Part shown: positions 48,118 to 60,931 of the stretch, piece after piece
Layout: every line of letters begins with the position of its first letter
How positions within the stretch are numbered: the stretch's first letter is position 1
Source of the DNA: Ranitomeya imitator
Taxonomy: Eukaryota
DNA: 64,000 nt
Reading direction: 5' to 3'
NCBI RefSeq assembly: GCF_032444005.1
Contig: NC_091291.1
Location: forward strand, 134,168,001 to 134,232,000
Notes under the pieces: generated by a model
What the model saw: the letters and a program-made list of their open reading frames with translations, nothing else
Told to the model about the DNA's origin: nothing
Database searches by the model: none
Position numbers and translations under genes: made by a program

Positions 48118-51100
48118 CGGCTCCTAGGGGTTCTCTAGAAACCATTTCTATCCATCCTGTGTATAACTAAGCTTGTATCTGCTGGTTTGGCGTAGATGCG
48201 CTGAACATGTCCATAGGAGTCCGTGCAGGCAGCGGGAGGGTCAGCTTTTCACCCATTTGGCAGTTAAATCCATTTGAAATTAATGAAAATAATTACGGAA
48301 TTATTTTCCTTTCGCATTATTATTATTATTATTATTTATATAGCACCATTAATTCCATGGTGCTATACATGAGAAGGGGTTACATACAAAATACAAATAT
48401 CACTTACAGTAAACAAAACTAACAATGACAGACTGGTACAGAGGATAGAGGACCCTGCCCTTGCAGGCTTTCATTCTGGGAGCCATTATTATTTTTATTT
48501 TTTTTTTCATCCATAGCTTATTTTTTACATGATGAGAAGAGATGAGTGACCGTGCTGGGATAAGGTGTTATCTGAGCATGCTCGGGTTCTAACGGAGTAT
48601 TTTTGGCGTGCTCGAAAAAAATGATCAAGTCCCCGGCGGCTGCATGTCTCGCGGCTGTTCAACAGCTGCAATTCATGCAGGGATTAGCTGTTTGTTAAGC
48701 CATCCATGCATGTGTGACAGCTGTCGAACACCCGCGAGACATGCAGCTGCCGGGACTTGAACATTTTTTTTCGAGCACGCCGAAGTCACTCGGTTAGGAC
48801 ACGAGCATGCTCAGATAACACTTTACCCGGGCACGCTCGCTCAGCACTAATCATGAGTTAAAATGCTCATTGGTGCATGCGATTTTTTTTTTTAATTTTT
48901 TTATTATTATTATTGTTTATTTCAGTTTTTGGGGAAAAGGCAAAGAAAAAACAGCAATTCTGCCATTTTTAATTGTTTTATCATCTGAGGTATCTAGAGG
49001 GTTTATACAGAGTTGTTACTAATGTGGCGACTTCAGTTATGTGAGTTTTATTATTATTATTATTAGTTACATATTAAATGAACCAATAAAGGGGGGAAAG
49101 GCCATTTAAAAATAAACAATTAAAATTTTTCTTTTATATTTATAACTTTTTTTTTTTCTATTTATATTAGTCCCACTTTGGGACTTGAAAGATCTCGATC
49201 TCTGATACAGTACCTGTGTCTTTGCTTATATACCGTATATATTTTTTGTATTCATACACATATATATTTTTTTTAAGTAAAATATGTTATTTTTACAAAC
49301 ACAGCAAAAATAAATTTTATATATATTATAAATGGGTAAGAAATATGGTAAATAAAAAATTATTTTTGTGTATAAATATATATATATATATATATTTTTA
49401 TTTATACGACACTCTGACAAAAAAAAAGCCGCCAAAATAAACTGTGGCTTTAAATAAAAATCTAACCATTTGTTTTCCTATATCTGCCAGTAGTTTCTGG
49501 ATTACAACGGTTTGTCTTTCTGGACTGGACGGTGGCAAACACGTACACGAGTGCAATATTAGGGGCCGCGTGTCACTGGTTATTTATGACCCATTTTTGG
49601 ACATTTCCAGGAGGAATAACAGAGGAACAGGCGCTTCAGTATTGAAATTTTAATGAAAATGTTACAAAATATTGACATTTTTTGGTTATAGATATTTTTA
49701 CATTACACTGGTGTCCTTTTTTTTTGTCCATATAAAGATGCAATATTCCAGTTTTTCTGCTGCTGGAGAAAACAACAGAATAAAATGTTCTGTTTCCTGC
49801 AGATTTTTTTTTTTCAAGCTTTGCCGTGTCGCCTGGGACAGAGTCAACAGAAACATATAACATGTGAATGCTTCATGATGTTCGTAATATGGATATACCA
49901 AGCCGTATTTTTGTCACACACGTTGTCCACATCCCTGACCACCCCTTTAAAGGTGGCCGAGTCCAAAGATTTCAGCAGGCCATGATGTCGTGGAAGATTA
50001 GGATGGTGTTCCTCAGCTCTGCTGCATCCTCCTGCTGCCGCAGGGTTCCTCTGCTCCTCATGGTTCGGTCACGTCACTCTGGCACAGGCAGATGGATGCC
50101 ACCTGAGTATTCAGGTACTTGGCATTTAGGCCATTACTGGGGATTTTCTCTCATGAATCGACTCTGTTGCAAAGTCAGCTCTGCTGCGTTGATGAATGGT
50201 ATCGCTGTGCCGTATAGACACCTCCTGTGCAATTCAGTCCTGCTGCTTTGATTCTTCATGTTTATTGCTATGCCTGCTCTGCTGCATTAAACCTACCATA
50301 TAGCTCAGCTCTGCTACTCTGATTCCTCCTCACTTTGATAGCTCTGCTGCATCGCACTGCCAGTCCTGGCTCAGAACCCCCACTGCAAACACAACTGCTA
50401 CATCAGTTGCCATTCCTTCCACTCTGCTTCATCGGTTTCCATTGTTCCAGGTCTGTCTACTACATGGGCCTCCTTTGTTCCAAACATCTCTCTGCTGTGC
50501 CAGTGACATTGGTCCGTGCCGGCTGCTCATTTGGGCCGACGCCATCGAGGATCCGCGTCACCAGGTGACACATAACGGATCGGGCACAATGAATATCGTG
50601 TATGGCGCAGTCAGGAGTGATAGCGCGCGAGCGACCGGCCTCAGCTACCCAAGGTGTATGGGCACCTGGAAGGTTTAAAGGGGAACCCTTCTATGTAAAC
50701 AGGCTCCCCCATGTTATTGTTTTCGGAAAATTAAGTGCCGCTAATAAACAGATAAAAGGTGTGACGGCCTAGACGCTGTGGCTACTGACTAGCACCTGAG
50801 GGGTTAAGCAGCGAGCATTTACAGTAGTATCAGTGCTGCTATCACAGCGCCCCCCGAGGTCACCTGGATGACGGTGGAGGTCGTAGCGCAGAAGCTAGCA
50901 CCTGTGATCTCCATTTTTGTCACATGCTGTTAAAGGGTTAACTGCACTAGGTGTTAAAAGTGAATAAGTTTGGAGAGAAGTGAATGAATAGAACAAGTAT
51001 GTGAAAATAGCAGCCCGGGGAGGTGCACAGGCAGAGCACACGACGAGGTGAGCCACACAGCACCTCCATGACATCTTCTCTGCCTCCTTCACAGCGTACC

Positions 51101-51119
51101 TGAGTGGTCACACGTCAGT

Positions 51120-51215
51120 CCACGCACCGCGCATGCGCATTAGGACATCAAGGCGCCAGTAGTAAACATGGCGTCTGACGCGTCCTCACTCTTTACCCGT
51201 ACGCGGAAGTAATTT
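51120..51215 (+). promoter_or_regulatory. ALG9 housekeeping promoter
   Basis: NRF1 CGCGCATGCGCA (51128-51139), YY1-like AACATGGCG (51165-51173), ETS CGGAAGT (51204-51210). Confidence 0.65.
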
Positions 51216-51234
51216 CCTCCTGCCCACAACGGCA

Positions 51235-51341
51235 ATGGCGTCCAAGGGAGCTCGACACCGATGGAAAGGAACCGGCGGAGAAAGGGAGGAAAACAGCGGA
51301 AAACACAAGAAAGAGAACCGGGGACCGGAACAAAAAGCAGA
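51235..51341 (+). CDS. ALG9: Alpha-1,2-mannosyltransferase ALG9, exon 1
   Basis: MASKGARHRWKGTGGEREENSGKHKKENRGPEQKA+GA (human MASRGARQRLKG); donor GA|GTGAGG, phase 2. Confidence 0.85.
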
Positions 51342-51429
51342 GTGAGGACAGCGCCGGGAATAAGGGTGGTGGCCTGTGTATAGGGGTGTGTAATGGAAGG
51401 GTGACGTGTAGTGAGGGGCTGCATGTCAC

Positions 51430-53610
51430 AGATAGGACCCCGTATATCTGCCCCCCATAGATGGGACCCCGTATATCTGCCCCCCATAGCTGGGACCCCG
51501 TATATCTGCCCTCCATAGATGGGACCCCGTATACATCTCTTCCCCGTAGATAGGACCCCGTATATCTGCCCCCCATAGCTGGGACCCCGTATATCTGCCC
51601 TCCATAGATGGGACCCCGTATACATCTCTTCCCCGTAGATGGGACCCCGTATACATCTCTTCCCCGTAGATGGGGCCCCGTATACATCTCTTCCCCGTAG
51701 ATGGGACCCCGTATATCTGCCCCCCATAGATGGGACCCCGTATATCTGCCCCCATAGATGGGACCCCGTATATCTGCCCCCCATAGATGGGACCCCGTAT
51801 ATCTGCCCCCCATAGATGGGACCCCGTATACATCTCTTCCCCGTAGATGGGACCCCGTATACATCTCTTCCCCGTAGATGGGGCCCCGTATAACTGCCCC
51901 CCATAGCTGGGACCCCGTATATCTGCCCCCCATAGCTGGGACCCCGTATATCTGTCCCCCATAGATGGGACCCCGTATATCTGCCCCCATAGATGGGACC
52001 CCGTATATCTGCCCCCCATAGATGGGACCCCGTATATCTGCCCCCCATAGATGGGACCCCGTATACATCTCTTCCCCGTAGATGGGACCCCGTATACATC
52101 TCTTCCCCGTAGATGGGGCCCCGTATAACTGCCCCCCATAGCTGGGACCCCGTATATCTGCCCCCCATAGCTGGGACCCCGTATATCTGCCCCCCATAGC
52201 TGGGACCCCGTATATCTGCCCCCATAGATGGGACCCCGTATATCTGCCCCCCATAGATGGGACCCCGTATATCTGCCCCCCATAGATGGGACCCCGTATA
52301 CATCTCTTCTCTGTAGATGGGACCCCGTATACATCTCTTCCCCGTAGATGGGACCCCGTATACATCTCTTCCCCGTAGATGGGACCCCGTATACATCTCT
52401 TCCCTGTAGATGGGGCCCCGTATACATCTCTTCCCCGTAGATGGGACCCCGTATACATCTCTTCCCCGTAGATGGGACCCTGTATACATCTCTTCCCCGT
52501 AGATGGGCCCCGTATACATCTCTTCCCTGTAGATGGGGCCCCGTATACATCTCTTCCCCGTAGATGGGACCCCGTATACATCTCTTCCCCGTAGATGGGA
52601 CCCTGTATACATCTCTTCCCCGTAGATGGGCCCCGTATACATCTCTTCCCTGTAGATGGGACCCTGTATATATCTCTTCCCTGTAGATGGGGCCCCGTAT
52701 ACATCTCTTCGCTGTAGATGGGACCCTGTATATATCTCTTCTCTGTAGATGGGGCCCCGTATACATCTCTTCGCTGTAGATGGGACCCTGTATATATCTC
52801 TTCTCTGTAGATGGGGCCCCGTATACATCTCTTCCCTGTAGATGGGACCCTGTATATATCTCTTCCCTGTAGATGGGACCCCGTATACATCTCTTCGCTG
52901 TAGATGGGACCCTGTATATATCTCTTCCCTGTAGATGGGACCCCGTATACATCTCTTCTCTGTAGATGGGATCCCGTATACATCTCTTCCCCGTAGATGG
53001 GACCCCGTATACATCTCTTCCCCGTAGATGGGACCCCGTATATATCTCTTCTCCGTAGATGGGACCCCGTATATATCTCTTCTCCGTAGATGGGACCCCG
53101 TATACATCTCTTCCCCGTAGATGGGACCCCGTATACATCTCTTCCCCGTAGATGGGACCCTGTATACATCTCTTCCCCGTAGATGGGCCCCGTATACATC
53201 TCTTCCCTGTAGATGGGGCCCCGTATACATCTCTTCCCCGTAGATGGGACCCCGTATACATCTCTTCCCCGTAGATGGGACCCCGTGTATATCTCTTTCC
53301 CGTAGATGGGACCCCGTGTATATCTCTTTCCCGTAGATGGGACCCCGTATACATCTTTTTCCCGTAGATGGGATCCCGTATACATCTCTTCCCCGTAGAT
53401 GGGACCCCGTATACATCTCTTCCCCGTAGATGGGACCCCGTATACATCTCTTCCCCGTAGATGGGACCCCGTATACATCTCTTTCCCGTAGATGGGACCC
53501 CGTATACATCTCTTTCCCGTAGATGGGACCCCGTATACATTTCTTCTCTGTAGATGGGGCCCCGTATACATCTCTTCCCCGTAGATGGGACCCCGTATAT
53601 ATCGGACCCC
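51430..53610. repeat. 28-31-bp minisatellite in ALG9 intron 1
   Basis: Units AGATGGGACCCCGTATACATCTCTTCCCCGT (31 bp) and AGATGGGACCCCGTATATCTGCCCCCCAT (~29 bp). Confidence 0.95.
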
Positions 53611-53955
53611 ATATATCTGTGCTCCCATACATGCAGGTCAGTTATTTGCAATCTGTAGACTTGCTGCTCCGCAGACTTCGCCGCAGGGCGCATTTTCTGC
53701 GGTTGGTTTCCTGGATTTTATTTGCTCGTTACAATGGTAAAATCCGCAGCAGTAATCCACATGCAGCGGATCCACAGTCCAGGCCCGGGGCGGGTTTGCT
53801 GCAATGTGTGGATGAGATTTGGTAAATACCACAGCACCTTTATTTACTGCCCAAATATAACTCTTGGCCACACACGGAGTTCTGTGCAGTGTCGCCCTGT
53901 GCGGGATCTCTGCCGGGTTCTTTATTATTGGTGACGTCTTGTGCTCGCTCCCCAG

Positions 53956-54094
53956 ATCTGCGTGTACTAAGACCGGACAAGTGTGGGCGCCTGAAGGAGC
54001 CACTGCGTTTAAATGCCTGATCTCCGCCCGCTTCTGTGCTGCTTTACTGAGCAACATTTCCGACTGTGATGAAACCTTCAACTACTGGGAACCT
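53956..54094 (+). CDS. ALG9: ALG9 exon 2
   Basis: SACTKTGQVWAPEGATAFKCLISARFCAALLSNISDCDETFNYWEP; 139 nt, CAG|...|GTAAGT. Confidence 0.97.
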
Positions 54095-55842
54095 GTAAGT
54101 AACGGATGGAAGAGAACTAGGTCCAGTGCACACAGGGTTATCAGCTAATGCCCAGGTGTACACGCTCACGTGGCGCCTGTGTGGCAGCAGGCACAGTCTG
54201 GATAGACGCTGTGGAATCCGTCCACCATATGACCATCCACCACTGCAGGGAAGATGTTGTATCGCATGGTCCCAATTAAAAAAAAATACTATTGTAGATG
54301 TGCCACAAAATCAATATGTAATACGTTCTGATTTCCCTGTGGATTATTTGCAAAATCTGTAGTGGAAAATGTATAACCTGCCTTTAAAGCAAAGGGTTAT
54401 GGAGAGGGGGCAAAGTACCTACAGTCTCATGGAGAGCAGAGAAAAATGGCTAAAAAGAAGGAAGAAGGCACATTACGTAGTGAGTGCAGAACAGAAGCTG
54501 TGTTGCTATATGAGCAATTGAAGACTGCAACACCCTGGATACACACAGAACTCATCCAAACTAATTACTTGGAGAGACACACGGAGCTCACATCCATCCT
54601 ATATTACTGGGAGAGACACACAGAGCTCACATCCAGCCTATATTACTGGGAGAGACACACAGAGCTCACATCCAACCTATATTACTGGGAGAGACACAAA
54701 GAGCTCACATCCATCCTATATTACTGGGAGAGACACACAGATCTCACATCCAACCTATATTACTGGGAGAGACACACAGAGCTCACATACAGCCTATATT
54801 ACTGGGAGAGACACACAGAGCTCACATACAGCCTATATTACTGGAAGAGACACACAGAGCTCACATCCAACCTATATTACTGGGAGAGACACACAGATCT
54901 CACATCCAACCTATATTACTGGGAGAGACACACAGAGCTCACATACAGCCTATATTACTGGGAGAGACACACAGATCTCACATCCAACCTATATTACTGG
55001 GAGAGACACACAGAGCTCACATCCATCCTATATTACTGGGAGAGACACACAGATCTCACATCCAACCTATATTACTGGGAGAGACACACAGAGCTCACAT
55101 ACAGCCTATATTACTGGGAGAGACACACAGAGCTCACATACAGCCTATATTACTGGAAGAGACACACAGAGCTCACATCCAACCTATATTACTGGGAGAG
55201 ACACACAGATCTCACATCCAACCTATATTACTGGGAGAGACACACAGAGCTCACATACAGCCTATATTACTGGGAGAGACACACAGATCTCACATCCAAC
55301 CTATATTACTGGGAGAGACACACAGAGCTCACATACAGCCTATATTACTGGGAGAGACACACAGAGCTCACATACAGCCTATATTACTGGAAGAGACACA
55401 CAGAGCTCACATCCAACCTATATTACTGGGAGAGACACACAGATCTCACATCCAACCTATATTACTGGGAGAGACACACAGAGCTCACATACAGCCTATA
55501 TTACTGGGAGAGACACACAGAGCTCACATCCAACCTATATTACTGGGAGAGACACACAGATCTCACATCCAACCTATATTACTGGGAGAGACACACAGAG
55601 CTCACATACAGCCTATATTACTGGGAGAGACACACAGATCTCACATCCAACCTATATTACTGGGAGAGACACACAGATCTCACATCCAACCTATATTACT
55701 GGGAGAGACACACAGATCTCACATCCAACCTATATTACTGAGAGAGACACAGAGAGCTCACATCCGGCCTATATTACTGGGAGAGACACACATACCTCAC
55801 ATCCAGCCTATATTACTGGAAGAGACACACAGAGCTCACATA

Positions 55843-57473
55843 CAGTTAGGGCCAGAAATATTTGGACAGTGACACAATTTTCACGATTTGGGCTCTGCAT
55901 GCCACCACATTGGATTTGAAATGAAACCTCTACAACAGAATTCAAGTGCAGATTGTAACGTTTAATTTGAAGGGTTGAACAAAAATATCTGATAGAAAAT
56001 GTAGGAATTGTACACATTTCTTTACAAACATTCCACATTTTAGGAGGTCAAAAGTAATTGGACAAATAAACATAACCCAAACAAAATATTTTTATTTTCA
56101 ATATTTTGTTGCAAATCCTTTGGAGGCAATCACTGCCTTAAGTCTGGAACCCATGGACATCACCAAACGCTGGGTTTCCTCCTTCTTAATGCTTTGCCAG
56201 GCCTTTACAGCCGCAGCCTTCAGGTCTTGCTTGTTTGTGGGTCTTTCCGTCTTAAGTCTGGATTTGAGCAAGTGAAATGCATGCTCAATTGGGTTTAGAT
56301 CTGGAGATTGACTTGGCCATTGCAGAATGTTCCACTTTTTGGCACTCATGAACTCCTGGGTAGCTTTGGCTGTATGCTTGGGGTCATTGTCCATCTGTAC
56401 TATGAAGCGCCGTCCAATCAACTTTGCAGCATTTGGCTGAATCTGGGCTGAAAGTATATCCCGGTACACTTCAGAATTCATCCGGCTACTCTTGTCTGCT
56501 CTTATGTCATCAATAAACACAAGTGACCCAGTGCCATTGAAAGCCATGCATGCCCATGCCATCACGTTGCCTCCACCATGTTTTACAGAGGATGTGGTGT
56601 GCCTTGGATCATGTGCCGTTCCCTTTCTTCTCCAAACTTTTTTCTTCCCATCATTCTGGTACAGGTTGATCTTTGTCTCATCTGTCCATAGAATACTTTT
56701 CCAGAACTGAGCTGGCTTCTTGAGGTGTTTTTCTGTCTATTTTTGGTATTGATGAATGGTTTGCATCTAGATGTGAACCCTTTGTATTTACTGTCATGGA
56801 GTCTTCTCTTTACTGTTGACTTAGAGACAGATACACCTACTTCACTGAGAGTGTTCTGGACTTCAGTTGATGTTGTGAACGGGTTCTTCTTCACCAAATT
56901 AAGTATGCGGCGATCATCCACCACTGTTGTCATCCGTGGACGCCCAGGCCTTTTTGAGTTCCCAAGCTCACCAGTCAATTCCTTTTTTCTCAGAATGTAC
57001 CCAACTGTTGATTTTGCTACTCCAAGCATGTCTGCTATCTCTCTGATGGATTTTGTCTTTTTTTTCAGCCTCAGGATGTTCTGCTTCACCTCAATTGAGA
57101 GTTCCTTTGACCGCATGTTGTCTGCTCACAGCAACAGCTTCCAAATGCAAAACCACACACCTGGAATCCACCCCTGACCTTTTAACTACTTCATTGATTA
57201 CAGGTTAACGAGGGAGACGCCTTCAGAGTTAATTGCAGCCCTTAGAGTCCATTGTCCAATTACTTTTGGTCCCTTGAAAAAGAGGACGCTATGCATTACA
57301 GAGCTATGATTCCTAAACCCTTTCTCCGATTTGGATGTGGAAACTATCATATTGCAGCTGGGAGTGTGCACTTTCAGCCCATATTACATATATAATTGTA
57401 TTTCTGAACATGTTTTTGTAAACAGCTAAAATAACAAAACTTGTCACTGTCCAAATATTTCTGGCCCTAACTG
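55843..57473 (-). mobile_element. Full-length Tc1-family transposon with frameshifted transposase
   Basis: TA|CAGTTAGGGCCAGAAATATTTGGACAGTGAC ... |TA, identical ~31-bp TIRs. The array unit CACATA|CAGCC resumes exactly after it. Confidence 0.93.
56098..57116 (-). pseudogene. Tc1 transposase, frameshifted
   Basis: N-half MRSKELSIEVKQNILRL..GRPRMTT..KPFINTKNRQ (56583-57116) and C-half MAWACMA..QMDNDPKH..SPDLNPIEHAF..KGFATKY* (56098-56565) are out of frame near 56735. Confidence 0.9.
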
Positions 57474-58914
57474 TACAGCCTATATTACTGGGAGAGACAC
57501 ACAGATCTCACATCCAACCTATATTACTGGGAGAGACACACAGAGCTCACATCCAGCCTATATTACTGGGAGAGACACACAGAGCTCACATCCAGCCTAT
57601 CTTACTGGGAGAGACACAGAGCTCACATCCAGCCTATCTTACTGGGAGAGACACACAAATCTCACATCCAACCTATATTACTGGGAGAGACACACAGCTC
57701 ACATCCAGCCTATATTACTGGGAGAGACACACAGAGCTCACATCCAGCCTATATTACTGGGAGAGACACACAAATCTCACATCCAACCTATATTACTGGG
57801 AGAGACACACAGCTCACATCCAGCCTATATTACTGGGAGAGACACACAGAGCTCACATCCAGCCTATATTACTGGGAGAGACACACAGAGCTCACATCCA
57901 TCCTATATTACTGGGAGAGACACACAGATCTCACATCCAACCTATATTACTGGGAGAGACACACAGAGCTCACATCCAGCCTATATTACTGGGAGAGACA
58001 CACAGAGGTCACATACAGCCTATATTACTGGAAGAGACACACAGAGCTCAAATCCAGCCTATATTACTGGGAGAGACACACAGAGCTCACATCCAGCCTA
58101 TATTACTGGAAGAGACACACAGAGCTCACATCCAGCCTATATTACTGGGAGAGACACACAGACCTTACATCCAGCCTATATTACTGGGAGAGACACGCAG
58201 AGCTCACATCCAACCTATATTACTGGGAGAGACACACAGAGCTCACATCCAGCCTATATTACTGGGAGAGACACACAGAGGTCACATACAGCCTATATTA
58301 CTGGAAGAGACACACAGAGCTCAAATCCAGCCTATATTACTTGGAGAGACACACAGAGCTCACATCCAGCCTATATTACCGGGAGAGACACACAGAGGTC
58401 ACATACAGCCTATATTACTGGAAGAGACACACAGAGCTCAAATCCAGCCTATATTACTGGGAGAGACACACAGAGCTCACATCCAGACTATATTACTGGG
58501 AGAGACACACAGATCTCACATCCAGCCTATATTACTGGGAGAGACACACAGAGCTCACATCCAACCTATATTACTGGGAGAGACACACAGCTCACATCCA
58601 GCCTATATTACTGGGAGAGACACACAGAGCTCACATCCAGCCTATATTACTGGGAGAGACACAGAGCTCACATCCAGCCTATATTACTGGGAGAGACGCA
58701 CAGATCTCACATCCAACCTATATTACTGGGAGAGACACACAGAGCTCACATCCATCCTATATTACTGGGAGAGACACAAAGACCACACATCCAACCTATA
58801 TTACTGGGAGAGACACACAGACCTCACATCCAGCCTATATTACTGGAAGAGACACACAGAGCTCACATCCAGCCTATATTACTGGGAGAGACACAAAGAG
58901 CTCACATCCATCCT

Positions 58915-59694
58915 TGTTATGTTTGCTAATGACAGGTGTTATGAAGGCAATCCAGAAACACAGTGTGCTTAGCGATCAGAGCGCACACAGTGATCTGACA
59001 AATACCCAAAAATACAAGAACGAGCTCTGAGACGTGGAAACTCTGTAGACTGCACACCTGATCCTATCCTAAACACAACTAAAAGCGGCTGTGGATTGCG
59101 CCTAACAACTACCTAGGCAACTCGGCACAGCCTAAGAAACTAGCTAGCCTGAAGATAGAAAAATAGGCCTGACTTGCCCCAGAGAAATTCCCCAAAGGAA
59201 AAGGCAGCCCCCCACATATAATGACTGTGAGTAAGATGAAAAGACAAAACGTAGGGATGAAATAGATTCAGCAAAGTGGGGCCCGATATTCTAGGACAGA
59301 GCGAGGACAGTAAAGCGAACTTTGCAGTCTACAAAAAACCCTAAAGCAAAACCACGCAAAGGGGGCAAAAAAAACCCACCGTGCCGAACTAACGGCACGG
59401 CGGTACACCCTTTGCGTCTCAGAGCTTCCAGCAAAACAAAAGACAAGCTGGACAGAAAAAAAGCAACAAAAAAACAAAAAGCACTTAGCTATACAGAGCA
59501 GCAGGTCACAGGAACAATCAGGAGAAGCTCAGATCCAACACTGAAACATTGACAAGGAGCAAGGATAGCAGCATCAGGCGGAGTTAAGTAATGAAGCAGT
59601 TAACGAGCTCACCAGAACACCTGAGGGAGGAAGCTCAGAAGCTGCAGTACCACTTGTGACCACAGGAGTGAATTCAGCCACAGAATTCACAACA
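58915..59694 (-). mobile_element. Solo LTR, same family as 9194-9996, opposite orientation
   Basis: Reverse complement starts TGTTGTGAATTCTGTGG and ends ATAACA; 6-bp TSD CATCCT (58909-58914, 59695-59700). Confidence 0.85.
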
Positions 59695-60608
59695 CATCCT
59701 ATATTACTGGGAGAGACACACAAATCTCACATCCAGCCTATATTACTGGGAGAGACACACAGAGCTCACATCCAGCCTATATTACTGGTAGAGACACACA
59801 GAGCTCACATATAGCCTATATTACTGGGAGAGGCACACAGAGCTCACATCCACCCTATATTACTGGGAGAGACACACAGACCTCACATCCACCCTATATT
59901 ACTGGGAGAGACACACAGACCTCACATCCAGCCTATATTACTGGGAGAGACACACAGAGCTCACATCCAGCCTATATTACTGGGAGAGACACACAGAGCT
60001 CACATCCAGCCTATATTACTGGGAGAGGCACACAGACCTCACATCCACCCTATATTACTGGGAGAGACACACAGACCTCACATCCACCCTATATTACTGG
60101 GAGAGACACACAGACCTCACATCCAGCCTATATTACTGGGAGAGACACACAGAGCTCACATCCAGCCTATATTACTGGGAGAGACACACAGAGCTCACAT
60201 CCAGCCTATATTACTGGGAGAGACACACAGAGCTCACATCCAGCCTATATTACTGGGAGAGACACACAGACCTCACATCCAGCCTATATTACTGGGAGAG
60301 ACACACAGAGCTCACATGCAGCCTATATTACTGAGAGAGACACACAGAGCTCACATCCATCCTATATTACTGGGGGAGACACACACAGCTCACATCCAGC
60401 CTATATTACTGGGAGACACACCCACAGGAGAAAAATATGAATATTAGATCAGGCTTCAAACAGCACATCAGGAGTTCTGGATAGACTATTGTTTTCTTTT
60501 ATCTTTTGCCTTAAGTATCACTTCATTGCAAATTCTTCATAATAAAAAAATATGTACAAATTATGCCTTCCATTAATACTTTTTCCTTCATACCGTTTTC
60601 TTTTATAG

Positions 60609-60743
60609 ACTCACTACCTCGTATACGGAAAAGGCTTCCAGACGTGGGAATATTCTCCAGCCTACGCTGTCCGCTCCTACGCCTACCTGTGGCTGCACGC
60701 TTTACCCGCGTGGTTCCATGCCAATGTTCTCCAGACGAACAAG
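60609..60743 (+). CDS. ALG9: ALG9 exon 3
   Basis: THYLVYGKGFQTWEYSPAYAVRSYAYLWLHALPAWFHANVLQTNK; 135 nt. Confidence 0.97.
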
Positions 60744-60860
60744 GTAGCGGGATGAGATTAGTTGCTTTTTCTTCTTTTGTTTTTGATTTCTTATATATTT
60801 CCCATTTAGTCTCTTGTGTCTTTTTGCTCATAATATGTTTTTTTTTCTTTCCTTTGTCAG

Positions 60861-60931
60861 GTTCTGGTCTTTTACTTCATCCGGTGCTTTTTGGCTTTCT
60901 GCAGCTGCGTATGTGAGCTTTATTTCTACAA
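60861..60931 (+). CDS. ALG9: ALG9 exon 4
   Basis: VLVFYFIRCFLAFCSCVCELYFY+AA; 71 nt, CAG|...|GTAAGT. Confidence 0.96.

Larger units (their letters stand above)
54565..60415. repeat. 39-bp minisatellite in ALG9 intron 2, split by a Tc1 and a solo LTR
   Basis: Unit CACACAGAGCTCACATCCAGCCTATATTACTGGGAGAGA (13-codon periodicity in the ORF track). Confidence 0.97.

Noticed and set aside
51140-53693. 755-830-aa minus-strand ORFs
   Set aside because: All three frames are open across a 28-31-bp array in ALG9 intron 1, a signature of low-complexity repeat.
54446-55741. 431-aa ORF with 13-aa repeats (YYWERHTELTSNL) resembling a repeat protein
   Set aside because: 39-bp minisatellite whose unit is a multiple of 3, in ALG9 intron 2; the N-terminal leader has an out-of-frame paralogue at 61211.
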